A stretch of DNA of 63,073 bases, filler included, from Octopus bimaculoides (GCF_001194135.2; 4 parts of 4 records of this genome joined end to end with filler, not necessarily neighbours in it), one strand, 5' to 3'; numbered from the whole stretch's first letter, positions 38,462-49,460 are shown. Numbers and translations: made by a program. The notes: generated by a model not told the origin, from the sequence alone.

Positions 38462-39868
38462 CACTTTATCACAGGTTTTGTTAGAGCTCCTGGACTCATG
38501 TATGCGCAGCGAGCTTGCTAACTGCTATCCGTTCTTTTCAGCTGATTCTTTCCTGATTATTCTGGCCGTACCAAGTGGGCAAAACTTTTGTAATAGTTTT
38601 ATTAGGCACTCTATTCCGATTTCCTTTATATCCCCCTTAATGTCTTCTGATAATATTCCCAAGGACGCAACAATAATTGGCATTATCTTCACCTTCTTCA
38701 TTTTCCATAACCGGGTTATTTCGTATTTAAGAGGGTTGTATCTATCAATATTTTCTCCTTTTTCTTGACTATTCGTGGGCCAAAGAGGCATGCAACATCA
38801 ACTATATAGCATGTGTGGTGTACCTTGTCCACCACCACTAGGTCCGGTCTGTTATGCTCTAGCACCTGATTTGTTTGGATAGGGAAATCCATTGTCTGCG
38901 GTTTGTGCTCATACCACGTCTTGCCTCTCTCTAGCTCCTACTTTTCGCAGTTTCTAATGTAAAACCTTCTCTACCTGGTTGTGTCACCACAGCTTGTAAT
39001 GGTTTTGGGCAAGTCTAGGGCATGCTTTGAGTCTTGAACTTCTCAACCATTGCTGGGATCTTTCTCTGTCTATTACTTTTGCATTTAGTTTAGCCCAGTA
39101 TTTGCCATATACGGACTTTTCTTGCCATCGTTTTATCATGGTCCATTGCTGTTCTAGTTTTAGTTTGGATTCCATTTGTTTTATAGCTTTTATTGTTTCT
39201 TCTTCTTCTTCATATTTGTTAGGTAGTATGATTTCTTGTTTGTATTTGTCAGCTTCCTTAAATACTGAAAACAGTTTTTTTGTTTTGCTCGTGTTTTGTA
39301 GCTATTTGTATTAGTTTTCCTCTCTTCTGAAGTAGGTATTTTTGCTGTCCTATGGTGGTTATTTTACAATAGTTTTCCAGCTGTATAAGGCCTCTACCAC
39401 ATTCTGTACGTTGTATCAATAGCCTTTCCATGTCAGATTTGGGGTAAAGCATCCTTTATCCTGTCATTATTTTTCTTGTTTTCCTGTCGATTTTGGTTAG
39501 TTCATTTAGTGTCCAGTTAAGGATATTGTAGCTGTAATTTATAACTGGGACGGGACGGCTAAAATGTTAATACCTATTATCTTGTTTTTAGCATTGAGCT
39601 CTGTTTACAGTATTGATCTAGCTCGTCAATAGCATTCTTTCTTTATTTTCTCTTTCATTTGTATGTGTTGTGTCCTATCTAGTTCATTCCTTCCTAAATA
39701 TTTGCATGTCTGGCTTTCGTCTAATTCTCTTATTTAATTGGATTTTTCTAGTGTGATATTGCTACTCTTAACTAGATTTCCTCTTTTCAGGATTGCTTTG
39801 GCACATTTTTCTAATCCAAATTTCATATGCATTTCTTTGGTAAATCCATGTACTGCCTGTAGTAGTGT
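38462..39868 (-). mobile_element. R4/Dong fragment (RT, deletion, RLE, 3'UTR) ending in (TAA)n
   Basis: KFGLEKCAK, LYPKSDMERL...GRGLIQLE, WQEKSVYGKY...WLRSSRLKA|CPRLAQNHYKLW, RPDLVVVD, RYNPLKYEI. Confidence 0.9.
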
Positions 39869-39899
39869 TTCCAGCTGTTTATCATAGCAGTGCATGCTA

Positions 39900-40420
39900 T
39901 CAAAATGATACTGGGGTTAAATATTCAAAACCTAGTATTCCCATCATGACTACCCGTCTGATAAGGGTACATCAGGCACATGCATCACAACCATATGTGC
40001 GCGACATGGTGATCTTATATCGAGATAAACAGCGCATGACCTTGCAGGTGCGGCCCAGTTATAATTTTCGTCAGGTGGAGCAGCCCGTCCCACACAAAAG
40101 GTCCCTGAATAAGGGTTGTTTAAAGATATTGAACGAAACACCCATGTTTCCAGAAGTGAACTATTCAAACCACAAATAATTCCTCTCCACACATGACTAT
40201 GATGCACCCATACTAATTCTGCTCGTGGTCCGAGATGCACATACCGTCAGCCATTAAGGCACGTGCTCAACTGCTGAAAATGAAACAACTGACAAGCAAG
40301 TCTGTGGTATTGTGCATAATATTTGCTGTAGCCCACCTTTTATACCAAGACAAAACAATGTACTAGATAACACTTCCATTTAGTCAAGATCAGAAGCCAT
40401 GAGAGCCACGGCCTTGTAAT
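39900..40420 (+). mobile_element. Interspersed repeat, family D (about 500 bp)
   Basis: Segment 40190-40330 recurs inverted at 48605-48770. Confidence 0.65.
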
Positions 40421-40421
40421 G

Positions 40422-40422
40422 C

Positions 40423-40491
<69 letters not shown>

Positions 40492-40507
40492 TATTATTAT
40501 TATTATT
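40422..40507. repeat. (TTA)n microsatellite
   Basis: Direct tandem repeat. Confidence 0.97.
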
Positions 40508-40840
40508 CAGAAGTCTTATTTTTATCACGTGTTTTCACTGCACTACCGAACTCAGCTCTGTGTTCCTTGGGTATATGCTGTAGTTTGTTGGAACGCTCTT
40601 CTTTTAACTGTATTGAAAGTGTTTTACGTAGGATGTTTGCGGTGCCTAGTAGAGTTATTTTCTGTGTGTTACATATAATTGTTAGTCCTAATGTTTTTGT
40701 TATGTATTTGTATGAATAATTTTTATCATACCTAATGCATCTATTATGATAGAAATTGTTTCTGTTTTTAGACTCCATATTCGTGTTACTCTATTTCCAG
40801 GTCTAGACTTCCCATTTGAGTTATCTCTATTTCCAGGTCT
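40508..40840 (-). mobile_element. R4/Dong extreme 3' fragment, copy B
   Basis: KYITKTLGLT...QKITLLGTANILRKTLSIQ plus UTR, in (TAA)n. Confidence 0.85.
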
Positions 40841-40858
40841 ATTATTATTATTATTATT

Positions 40859-41158
40859 CAGTAGTTTTATTTTTATAACGTGCTTTCACTTCACTACCGA
40901 GCGCAGCTCTGTGCGCCTTGGGTATGTGCTGTGGTTTGCTGTGGTGCTCTTATGTTTACTGTATTGAAAGTGTTTTGCGTAGAATGTGTGCAGTACCCAG
41001 TAGTGCAATTTTCTGTATGTTATATATATTTGTAAGTCCTGGTGTTTTTGTTATGTATTTGTCTGAATATTTTTTTTATTATACCTAAGGCACCTACTAT
41101 GATAGGAATTGTTTCTGTTTTTAGATTCCACATTCGAGTTATCTCTATTTCCAGGTCT
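40859..41158 (-). mobile_element. R4/Dong extreme 3' fragment, copy A
   Basis: KTETIPIIVGALGII...QKIALLGTAHIL; same 5' end as copy B; (TAA)n on both sides. Confidence 0.85.
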
Positions 41159-41511
41159 ATTATTATTATTATTATTNNNNNNNNNNNNNNNNNNNNNNNN
41201 NNNNNNNNNNNNNNNNNNNNTTAATTAATTAANNNNNNNNNNNNNNNNNNNNNNNNNNNNNNNNNNNNNNNNNNNNGGGTGGGGTATGTGGGTAGGGGTG
41301 GGTGGTGGGTGTAAGGAATTGGATGGGGTGGAGTGGGAAGGTAGAGTAGGAGTGTGTTGGGGTGTGGTGGGATGAGCTTATGAGGGGGTGTTGATATATA
41401 TACTTACAAACATACATACCCCCCCACACACACAGGTATACATGTATACATACATACACACAGATACACTCATCCACACACCTATATACCCATATACACA
41501 CATATACATAC

Positions 41512-41585
<74 letters not shown>

Positions 41586-41612
41586 TGTATATATACATCT
41601 CTTTACATCTCT

Positions 41613-42000
41613 TCTTTTACTGCTGAATTTGCTTCAGTCATCTCACTGCTGCCATGCTAGAGCACCGCCTTTAGTCGAACAAATCGATTCTAGGACTATT
41701 CTATATAAGCCTACTACTTATTCTATCGGGCTACTTATTCTATCGGGCTGAATCGCTCAGTTGCAGGACCTTAAACACAGCAGCACCTGTGGGGGAAGGG
41801 GACAAACACGGACACACAAACACACACACACACAAAGACACACACACACGTATTTATATATATACGACGGGCTTCCTTCAGTTTCCGTCTACGAAATCCA
41901 CTCACAAGGCCTTGGTCAGCTCGAGGCTACAGTAGAAGATACCTACCCTTGGTGCCACGCAGTGGGACTGAACCCGGAACCGTGTGGTTGGTAAGCAAGC
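41613..42000 (-). mobile_element. SINE family B copy
   Basis: Reverse complement of the 27921 copy, including the internal (CA)n. Confidence 0.88.
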
Positions 42001-42477
42001 NNNNNNNNNNNNNNNNNNNNNNNNNNNNNNNNNNNNNNNNNNNNNNNNNNNNNNNNNNNNNNNNNNNNNNNNNNNNNNNNNNNNNNNNNNNNNNNNNNNN
42101 ATTTGTGTCTATGTTTTTTTGTATGAGACTAAAGGCGCAAGTATCATTCTCTGTTGATATACTAATGTTTGTTTTTAAAGTTGAAACAAATACATTTATT
42201 TGCAGGTTTTTTTTCTTTTTTATTCAGTTGCAATTAAATATATCGCAGAGAATGTAATATAACCTGAATAAAATGAACGAATTTAGCTTCATCCATCTTC
42301 TCTCTCTAACTCCAATACAGCAAGCTAAATGAACGTGCTACGTAGATGTTATAGCGCTCGCTTTTTGCGCAACTCATCAATAACGAACAGATGCATTTAG
42401 GTATGAAAGAATAAAGAATAAAAGAATGAGCAGAAGAGAAAAAAAAAAATTTTTTAATATGTAACAGATAAGAAAAA

Positions 42478-43095
42478 TAACTAAACACCTATGGATGATT
42501 GCAATTTTTTTTCTATCTGACGTAGGAATGTTATATAATGAGTTGAGAAAGTGAACATATATTTATTTTTGAATATGAAGGATGGGGTATAATTTCGTTT
42601 CCAAATGTTTCGAATCGTATTGAAGAAAAAAAATTCTCTTTTTCCTCCTATATTCTGTATTTAATATTTATTGTAATACCCAGAGAAAGGTTCAAATCTA
42701 GTGAAAATTAGGTATCATGTTATATTGGAAAGAAAGTTCAGCCATATTTCAAGATGGGAAAGAAAGACGTGCTGCTTTTGTCTTAATCGAGACCGTTAAT
42801 CAAAGTAGTAGCTGAAAAGAAAAAAATGACTAAACACTTATGAATGATTGTAATTTTTTTTTTTATCCGAGAGAGGAATGTTATGTAATGGGCAGAAAGA
42901 GTGAAACCATATTCATTTTTGAATATGAAAGATAGGGTATAATTTCGTATTCAGTTATTATAGCCAAATGTCTTGAATCGTATTCGGGAAAAAATTTTCT
43001 TTTTTATCTCCTACAATCTGTATTTAATAGTGAGAGGTTCAAATCTAGTGAAAATTAGGTATCATGTTATGTTGGAAAGAAAGTCTGGTCGCATT
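42478..43095. repeat. Old imperfect tandem duplication (about 270-bp unit, period about 350 bp)
   Basis: ACTAAACAC.TATG.ATGATTG and AGGTTCAAATCTAGTGAAAATTAGGTATCATGTTAT.TTGGAAAGAAAG each occur twice. Confidence 0.85.
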
Positions 43096-43229
43096 TCAAT
43101 AACGGAGAAGATGGTGAGTCGCAGACTTCATACAAAGCTGCGACTCACTATCTTCTTACACGGCCCCGTTTCAGCTTGGATTGATTCAAATTGAAAACCA
43201 TGCGTGAAAAAACAAACAAACAAATTCTA

Positions 43230-43489
43230 CATTTCTTTATTCAAGAGATGAGGAGTTACGTACATTATTTACATTTGACGGATATTTGTCCTCATCTTGT
43301 TTGTTGTTAACACAACGTTTTGGCTGATATACCATCCAGCCTTCATCAGGTGTCTTGGGTAAATTTCGAACCTGGGTATTTTTCGATGTTGTTGTTGTTG
43401 TTGTTGTCATTATTCAGGTCACTGCCTGGAATCGAACTCGGAATCTTGGTGTTAGTAGCCCGCGCTCTTAACCACTACGCTATATACTC
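43230..43489 (-). mobile_element. tRNA-like head, (AAC/AAT)n and hammerhead tail unit, as the 3' end of a PLE
   Basis: Head starts at 43489; hammerhead at 43309-43354 (GACAC CTGATGA A GGCTG..CAGCC AAAA C GTT GTGTT, G12 mutated to A). Confidence 0.85.
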
Positions 43490-43518
43490 GTAGGTAATTA
43501 TGGAGTGAATTTTAGGGC

Positions 43519-43707
43519 TTATAAATCTAATATTTTCCTATCCTTCCTTAATACTGGTTCTCATATGCTGTTCATATCTGCACTCGGTCTGCTTAGGAGG
43601 TTGTTGTGTCCTAGCATATATGCAGATTCTTTTAGCTTTTGTATTTTCCCGTGGTGTTCTCTATCTATTATTCTAACTTCATCCCACAGGGGGAGGTAGT
43701 CTCCATT
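43519..43707 (-). pseudogene. PLE GIY-YIG endonuclease C-terminus (NGDYLPLWDEVRIIDREHHGKIQKLKESAYMLGHNNLLSRPSADMNSI*EPVLRKDRKILDL*)
   Basis: Matches the PLE W.NVKILDRE..W..R.IKEA.HI...LNR...IW.P.L pattern; one internal TGA at the conserved W. Confidence 0.75.
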
Positions 43708-44394
43708 AAATATAGAACTCTCCATTAGGAGATCAACACTTTCCCATAACAGGCAAAGTGTTAAAGGTATCGGAGACGTAACAGCATCGGTGATGTAACG
43801 TCATCAGAGACGTATATGTTTACGTGGTGCAAAGGCAACAGCGACACAAGGGCAACGGTGCGCAAGGGCAAGGGTATCAGAGATTTAAGAGCATCAGTTG
43901 ACGATCGCGCCACGAATTCGCTTCACTGGGAACTCATTCCTCCATTAAGGCATCATGTTAACGATTCGTTCATTAGACAATAAACAATTTCTCTTTCGAA
44001 AAGCCAGTGATAGTCAAGCATCTTGCCGAAGGACGTAATGTAGTGACAAACAACGGTGCCAGACTAGCGATAATTGCAATCTATAACCGTTTAGATAGTA
44101 CGGGTGGTTTAAGTAATAGAAGATGGAGGCGCGGGGTGGGTGGGGGTGTCGACGGAAAGAAAATGGCAAGAAACTTCGAGTAATGACANNNNNNNNNNNN
44201 NNNNNNNNGTAATGGTGGTGGTGGGGAGAGCAGGCGGACTAATTAGGGGGGCAAAGAACCCCAACAAGAAACAAAAACAAAACTTGGAAGATTATATTCA
44301 GAAGCTACAAAGGCTGTCAACGGATCATTTAAGTAGGTGTTAGCAGAAGGATTTCATCAAGGTGCTGAAATGTTCGAAACACCCACTCCTCCCG

Positions 44395-44405
44395 CAACTA
44401 CAACC

Positions 44406-44457
<52 letters not shown>

Positions 44458-44560
44458 TTACTACTACTACCATTACTGCTGCTGCTGCTGTTGTTATGAC
44501 TACTATCGGTACAGCTAATACCACAACCACTTCCACTACTGCTACTGTTAATGCTACTAC
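44395..44560. repeat. (ACC/ACT/GCT)n compound microsatellite
   Basis: Trinucleotide repeats generating a Thr-rich ORF. Confidence 0.85.
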
Positions 44561-44663
44561 TACAAAACAGCCACTACCGACTTTCCACATTATGACACCC
44601 ACCACGCAGAAAGACACCTCCATAACATCCTCCAACCCGACTACGAACACCTACACTTGAGAG

Positions 44664-44695
<32 letters not shown>

Positions 44696-44834
44696 TCACA
44701 TGTATATATATATATATATATATAATACATATTTAAATAGACAACTGTNNNNNNNNNNNNNNNNNNNNNNNNNNNNNNNNNNNNNNNNNNNNNNNNNNNN
44801 NNNNNNNNNNNNNNNNNNNNNNNNNNNNNNNNNN

Positions 44835-44888
<54 letters not shown>

Positions 44889-45662
44889 CGTGTGTGTGTG
44901 TGTATTTATGTGTGTATGTATATATATGTATATATAAAATTAATAGAAGTCACAATAGAAAGATAGATTGATAATTAGATAGAAATATCTATCTGTCTAT
45001 CTATCTGTCTGTGTATCTGTCTGGCTGTCTGTCTGTCTGTCTGTTGGTCTGTCTACACACACATACACACCCTGGCGTGCGCGCATACTGTCAGCCATAC
45101 ATCTACTCTAAGCCGTCATTTAACATGTGGACCAAATTTGGACGAGGTAGAAAAAAAGAAAGATTCTCTCTCTCTCCCTCCCTCTCTCTCTCTCTTTATC
45201 TCTCTCCTCTTTATGCTTTCAATATCTCCCCCAACCACCACCACCACCAGTAACACGGTATTATCATTACTTGAGGTGTTACCATTCTTACTGTTTCGCT
45301 TATTTATTGTTAGTGTTTGTTTATTGTTGTTATTCTCTGTAAAATTCAAGACCACCCTGGAACAAGGGCGCCTGCCATCCCAGCTCTTATAATTTCCACC
45401 GTTATGTTTGTTTTTTAAATAAGCCCTCACAGCCGCAGTGAAACCCACCGCACGCCCAACACGAAGTCTCTTCTTTCTGGCTTTATTTATTTATTTGTTT
45501 GTTTTTGTTTGCTTGTTTTTGTTTATAATTACCTCCCTTTATTTCGTTCTTTATTGTTTTGTTATCGCCTCGTCTCTCATCGATTCATTGGATTGCTTCA
45601 TACAATCGCAAACACTCACACTCACAAATGCACAAATACATCTACATACCTACACACACACA

Positions 45663-45693
<31 letters not shown>

Positions 45694-45697
45694 TATA

Positions 45698-45779
45698 CGG
45701 TAATCCCTCGACTATCGCGGGTGTTACGTTCCAAAAACACCCGCGATAGGTGAAAATCCGCGAAGTAGAAACAGTACCG
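45698..45779. mobile_element. Short pogo/Tigger-like (Tc1-mariner superfamily) remnant
   Basis: TA|CGGTAATCCCTCG...TACCG|TA; internal 12-bp hairpin TATCGCGGGTGT/ACACCCGCGATA typical of Tigger-type ends. Confidence 0.65.
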
Positions 45780-45811
45780 TACTCTCTTTTTTTTATATAT
45801 TTATTTTTTTT

Positions 45812-45985
45812 TGCTTCAGTCATTTGACTGCGGCCATGCTGGAGCACCGTCTTTAGTCGAACAAGTCGACCTCAGGACTTACTCTTTGTAAGCCTAGTAC
45901 TTATTCTATCGGTTCTCTTTTGCCGAATCGCTAATTTACGGCGACGCACACCAGCATTGTCAAGCGATGGTGGACACACACACAC
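45812..45985 (-). mobile_element. SINE family B, 3' half
   Basis: CAGTCATTTGACTGCGGCCATGCTGGAGCACCG...CACCAGCATTGTCAAGCGATG. Confidence 0.85.
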
Positions 45986-46018
45986 AAAACACACACACAC
46001 ACACACACACACGCACGC

Positions 46019-46053
<35 letters not shown>

Positions 46054-46169
46054 CATACATACACACATANNNNNNNNNNNNNNNNNNNNNNNNNNNNNNN
46101 NNNNNNNNNNNNNTTAATTAATTAANNNNNNNNNNNNNNNNNNNNNNNNNNNNNNNNNNNNNNNNNNNN

Positions 46170-46248
<79 letters not shown>

Positions 46249-46453
46249 CCATACACACACACACACACTCTCATATACACACTCATACAGACATACATCT
46301 ATATATTATACAGAAACAATTCGAGTAGGACTTCAACGTTAGCAAAATATATTTTTGCTTTCAGTTTAAACAGAGCAGCACTAATCACTTAATACTTAAT
46401 AACTATGATGATGATGACGATGATGATGGTGATGATGATGATGGTGATGATGG

Positions 46454-46497
<44 letters not shown>

Positions 46498-46509
46498 ATG
46501 ATATTCGTC

Positions 46510-46690
46510 GTTAATTTAGGCACAAGGCCAGCAATTTTACTGGGAGGTGTACAAGTCGATTACAACCACCCCGAAAGATGAAAGGCTAAGCTGATCTCAG
46601 CGGGACTTGAATTCATAATATAAAGAACCGTAACGGATTCCGGTAGGCATTTTTTTTTCAACGCTCCAACGATCGCGCCAATTTCCTGCC
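46510..46690 (-). mobile_element. SINE family A copy (degenerate)
   Basis: GGCACAAGGCCAGCAATTTT...CCGAAAGATGAAAGGCTAAG. Confidence 0.65.
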
Positions 46691-46782
46691 TTTAGGGCAC
46701 AATCCAGCAATTTTGGAGGTGGGTTAGTTGTTACCATAAATACCAGTTTTTGAGAGATAACTTTATTTTATTGATCCCAGCA

Positions 46783-46860
46783 CTTGGGGTTAGTAGCCCA
46801 CGCTCTTAACCATGACGCCAGGGGCATATGGCGTCATGGTTAAGAGCGCGGGCTACTAAC
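46783..46860. mobile_element. Head-to-head inverted pair of tRNA-like heads of the hammerhead unit
   Basis: 46783-46820 (minus) abuts GGGGCATATGGCGTCATGGTTAAGAGCGCGGGCTACTAAC (46821-46860); both arms carry the GCGTCATGG variant. Confidence 0.85.
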
Positions 46861-47256
46861 TCTACCAATGGTGCCAGATCATGCCACGTGCCTCATATTA
46901 TTTATGCTTGTGGTACTCAATCATTTTTTTTTTTTTATCTGTTAACCCTTTTGGTTACTATTTTAGGATCTAGTTGGTTTGGCTGCCAGCATTTCAAAAA
47001 TTAAAGTTTATCCAGAGTTTTAAAATTTGGCAGTAATATGCTTTTCCAAGCTGGGTTGCGGGAGTTATTTCACTTTTTCCAGAGAAATGTTTTTAAAAAG
47101 TAAAGTTATAGAGGTTTAAAGTTCGATCATTTTCAGCTAGTCAGAAAACAGGATTTGGAAGCTATCATTTTATGCGTAACTGCACATTTTGTCGTCAACA
47201 TCCTAAAAATAGCACGTGCTTGTTGTCAATATTTGTAAACAACACGTATTTTTATT

Positions 47257-47564
47257 TACATTATTTACATTATTTACATTCGACGGATATTTGTCCTCAT
47301 CATATTTGTTGTTAACACAATGTTTCGGCTGATATAACCTCCAGCTTTCCTCAAGTGTCTTGGGGAAAATTTCGAACCTGGGTTCTCATTCCTAAGGTAT
47401 TTTTCGATGTTATTATTATTAATATTATTAGTATTATTATTGCTATTGTTCAGGTCACTGCTTGGAATCGAACTCGGAATCTTGGGGTTAGTAGCCCGCG
47501 CTCTTANNNNNNNNNNGCTACTAACCCCAAGATTCCGAGTTCGATTCCAAGCAGTGACCTGAAC

Positions 47565-47604
<40 letters not shown>

Positions 47605-47785
47605 TCGAAAAATACCTTAGGAATGAGAACCCAGGTTCGAAATTTACCCAAGACACCTGATGAAGGCTGGAGGGTATCTCAGCCGAAACATTGTGTTAAC
47701 AGCAAACAAGATGAGGACAAATATCCGTCAACTGTAAATAATGTAAATAATGTACATAATTCCTCATCTCTTAAATATAGAACTG
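47257..47785. mobile_element. Inverted pair of head-(AAT)n-hammerhead units (47257-47506 minus; 47517-47785 plus)
   Basis: About 15-bp TSD AACACGT(A/G)TTT(T)ATT at 47241-47256 and 47786-47800; arms share the GAAACATT and CCAAGCAG variants; hammerhead at 47652-47697; 10-N gap at the centre. Confidence 0.8.
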
Positions 47786-48564
47786 AACACGTGTTTTATT
47801 GTTTGAAGTATTCAATATGAATTTAATGCGATAGCACAAACTTAAAAGATTTATCCAACAAACGTTATTTAGCTGTTATTTTTAGCACTTCCCACAAATG
47901 GTTTCCATACAGTTTTAACAGAAAGATTTGGAAGAATTAGATGAAAGTTCTCGGGTAATTTTCTTTCATGTAAATAAATGTTTATGTTAATTAAAAAATT
48001 TGCCAGCAAAATCTTATAAAATGATAATGTTCTAAAAGATGTTATATATGAAAATAAAAGAGTGAAGAAAATATGCTTAAAAAACAAACATTTAAGCATG
48101 CAATAAGCAATACATTATAAAATATTTTTAAAATTAAAAATGAAAGTTAGAAATACATTCAACTAATTTCTCAAACAAATCACAATTTTCGTATCTTCAG
48201 CGCCACATAAATTCATAGAGATATGGATCTACCATAGAGCGGTGAGTGCCATAGCGTTATTACCTCGCTTCACAGAATAGTCATTCGATGTTTAAAAACT
48301 ACTTTTATAGATATTTCTTTCAAAATTCCTATTTTGTCTTTCACACGTTCACTTGTATAGGTTTGAAATTACATTCTCCGAGAGAACTTGTTTCATTAGC
48401 TGCAAACATGATGACCTGTACTGCGTAACAAAATTTTAATTTTTTTCTCTATTTCCTATTTGCTTTTATCAAGAAATCAAATGAAATGACTACTATTTCC
48501 TTTAAATTGTATTTTTGTGACTCGGACATCAATGTTTTGAAATTGACTTATTTTCCATTGCATT

Positions 48565-48790
48565 TCAGGCAGATTTCAAGCTGAGTTGCTGAAACAGAAA
48601 TATCGTTATAGCAAATATTCTGCTCAATACCACAGATTTGCTTGTTAGCTGCTTGACCTTAACTATTTGTGTGTGTCCCTTAGTGTCTGACAATCTGTGT
48701 ATCTCTGGTGATGAGCAGGAGTAGTGCGGGAGCATCCTAGCCATGTGTTGAGTGGGATTCTTTGGGGTTTCAATAAGAAACAAAGGCAGT
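48565..48790 (-). mobile_element. Repeat family D fragment
   Basis: GCAAATATT.TGC.CAATACCACAGA.TTGCTTGT is the reverse complement of 40268-40330. Confidence 0.65.
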
Positions 48791-49244
48791 TTGAAGTAAA
48801 TATTAGCCATTTTCATAATTTCTAGCTGTAAGCAAATAGGAAATAACATCTACTACTCAGAGACAAAAATCGTGTTGTTTTTTTCAATGTATACGTCTAA
48901 AGCAAAATTTTTTCATGTACCCTAAAATACTATTGAGGATCCCTAATTTACTACTTTGCTTGCATGGACCCCATAATGTTCTGTTTGGACCCCAGTTGAG
49001 AACCATTGATGTAGGGCTTGCATTAAACATTCGTCTGTGAGACCGTAAAGAGACCTTCCCAGAACTTCCTGAAGCAGAGGTATGCTACTTCCCTTCTTTC
49101 TCAATCTTGGATTAATTATTCAGGCTTGGAAGCACATTCCTCTGAGACATAAAGCAATGTTTCCCCCCCCTTTTTTTTTGATAGGATTCTTCTCATAATT
49201 CAAGCAAACTTGTTAGTTCATTTATTGATATCATACTAGTTTCA

Positions 49245-49460
49245 AGGCAGCGAGCTCGAAGAATCGTTAGAATGCCGAACAAAATGTTTAGCGGCATTTC
49301 GTCCGCCTTTACGTTCTGAGTTCAAATTCTGCTGGCATCGACTTTTCCTTTCACTCTTTGGAGATCGATAAAATAATTACCAGTTGAGTACTGAGGTCGA
49401 TTTAATCGGCTTACCCCTCCCCCAAAACAGCTGACCTTGTGCCAAAATTTGAAACCAATA
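49245..49460 (+). mobile_element. SINE family A copy
   Basis: GGCAGCGAGCTCGAAGAATCGTTAG...TTCTGAGTTCAAATTC...TTGTGCCAAAATTTGAAACC. Confidence 0.85.

Noticed and set aside
41277-41392. G-rich tract with quadruplex potential
   Set aside because: Degenerate GT/GGT simple repeat adjacent to an assembly spacer
43758-44010. Possible solo LTR (TG start, AATAAA, short internal repeats)
   Set aside because: No clear CA end, TSD, PBS or second copy
44337-44660. Thr-rich mucin-like ORF
   Set aside because: Mostly (ACT)n/(ACC)n read-through; such tracts are common throughout the window
46942-47240. TTAACCCTT piggyBac-like end
   Set aside because: No matching AAGGGTTAA right end found nearby
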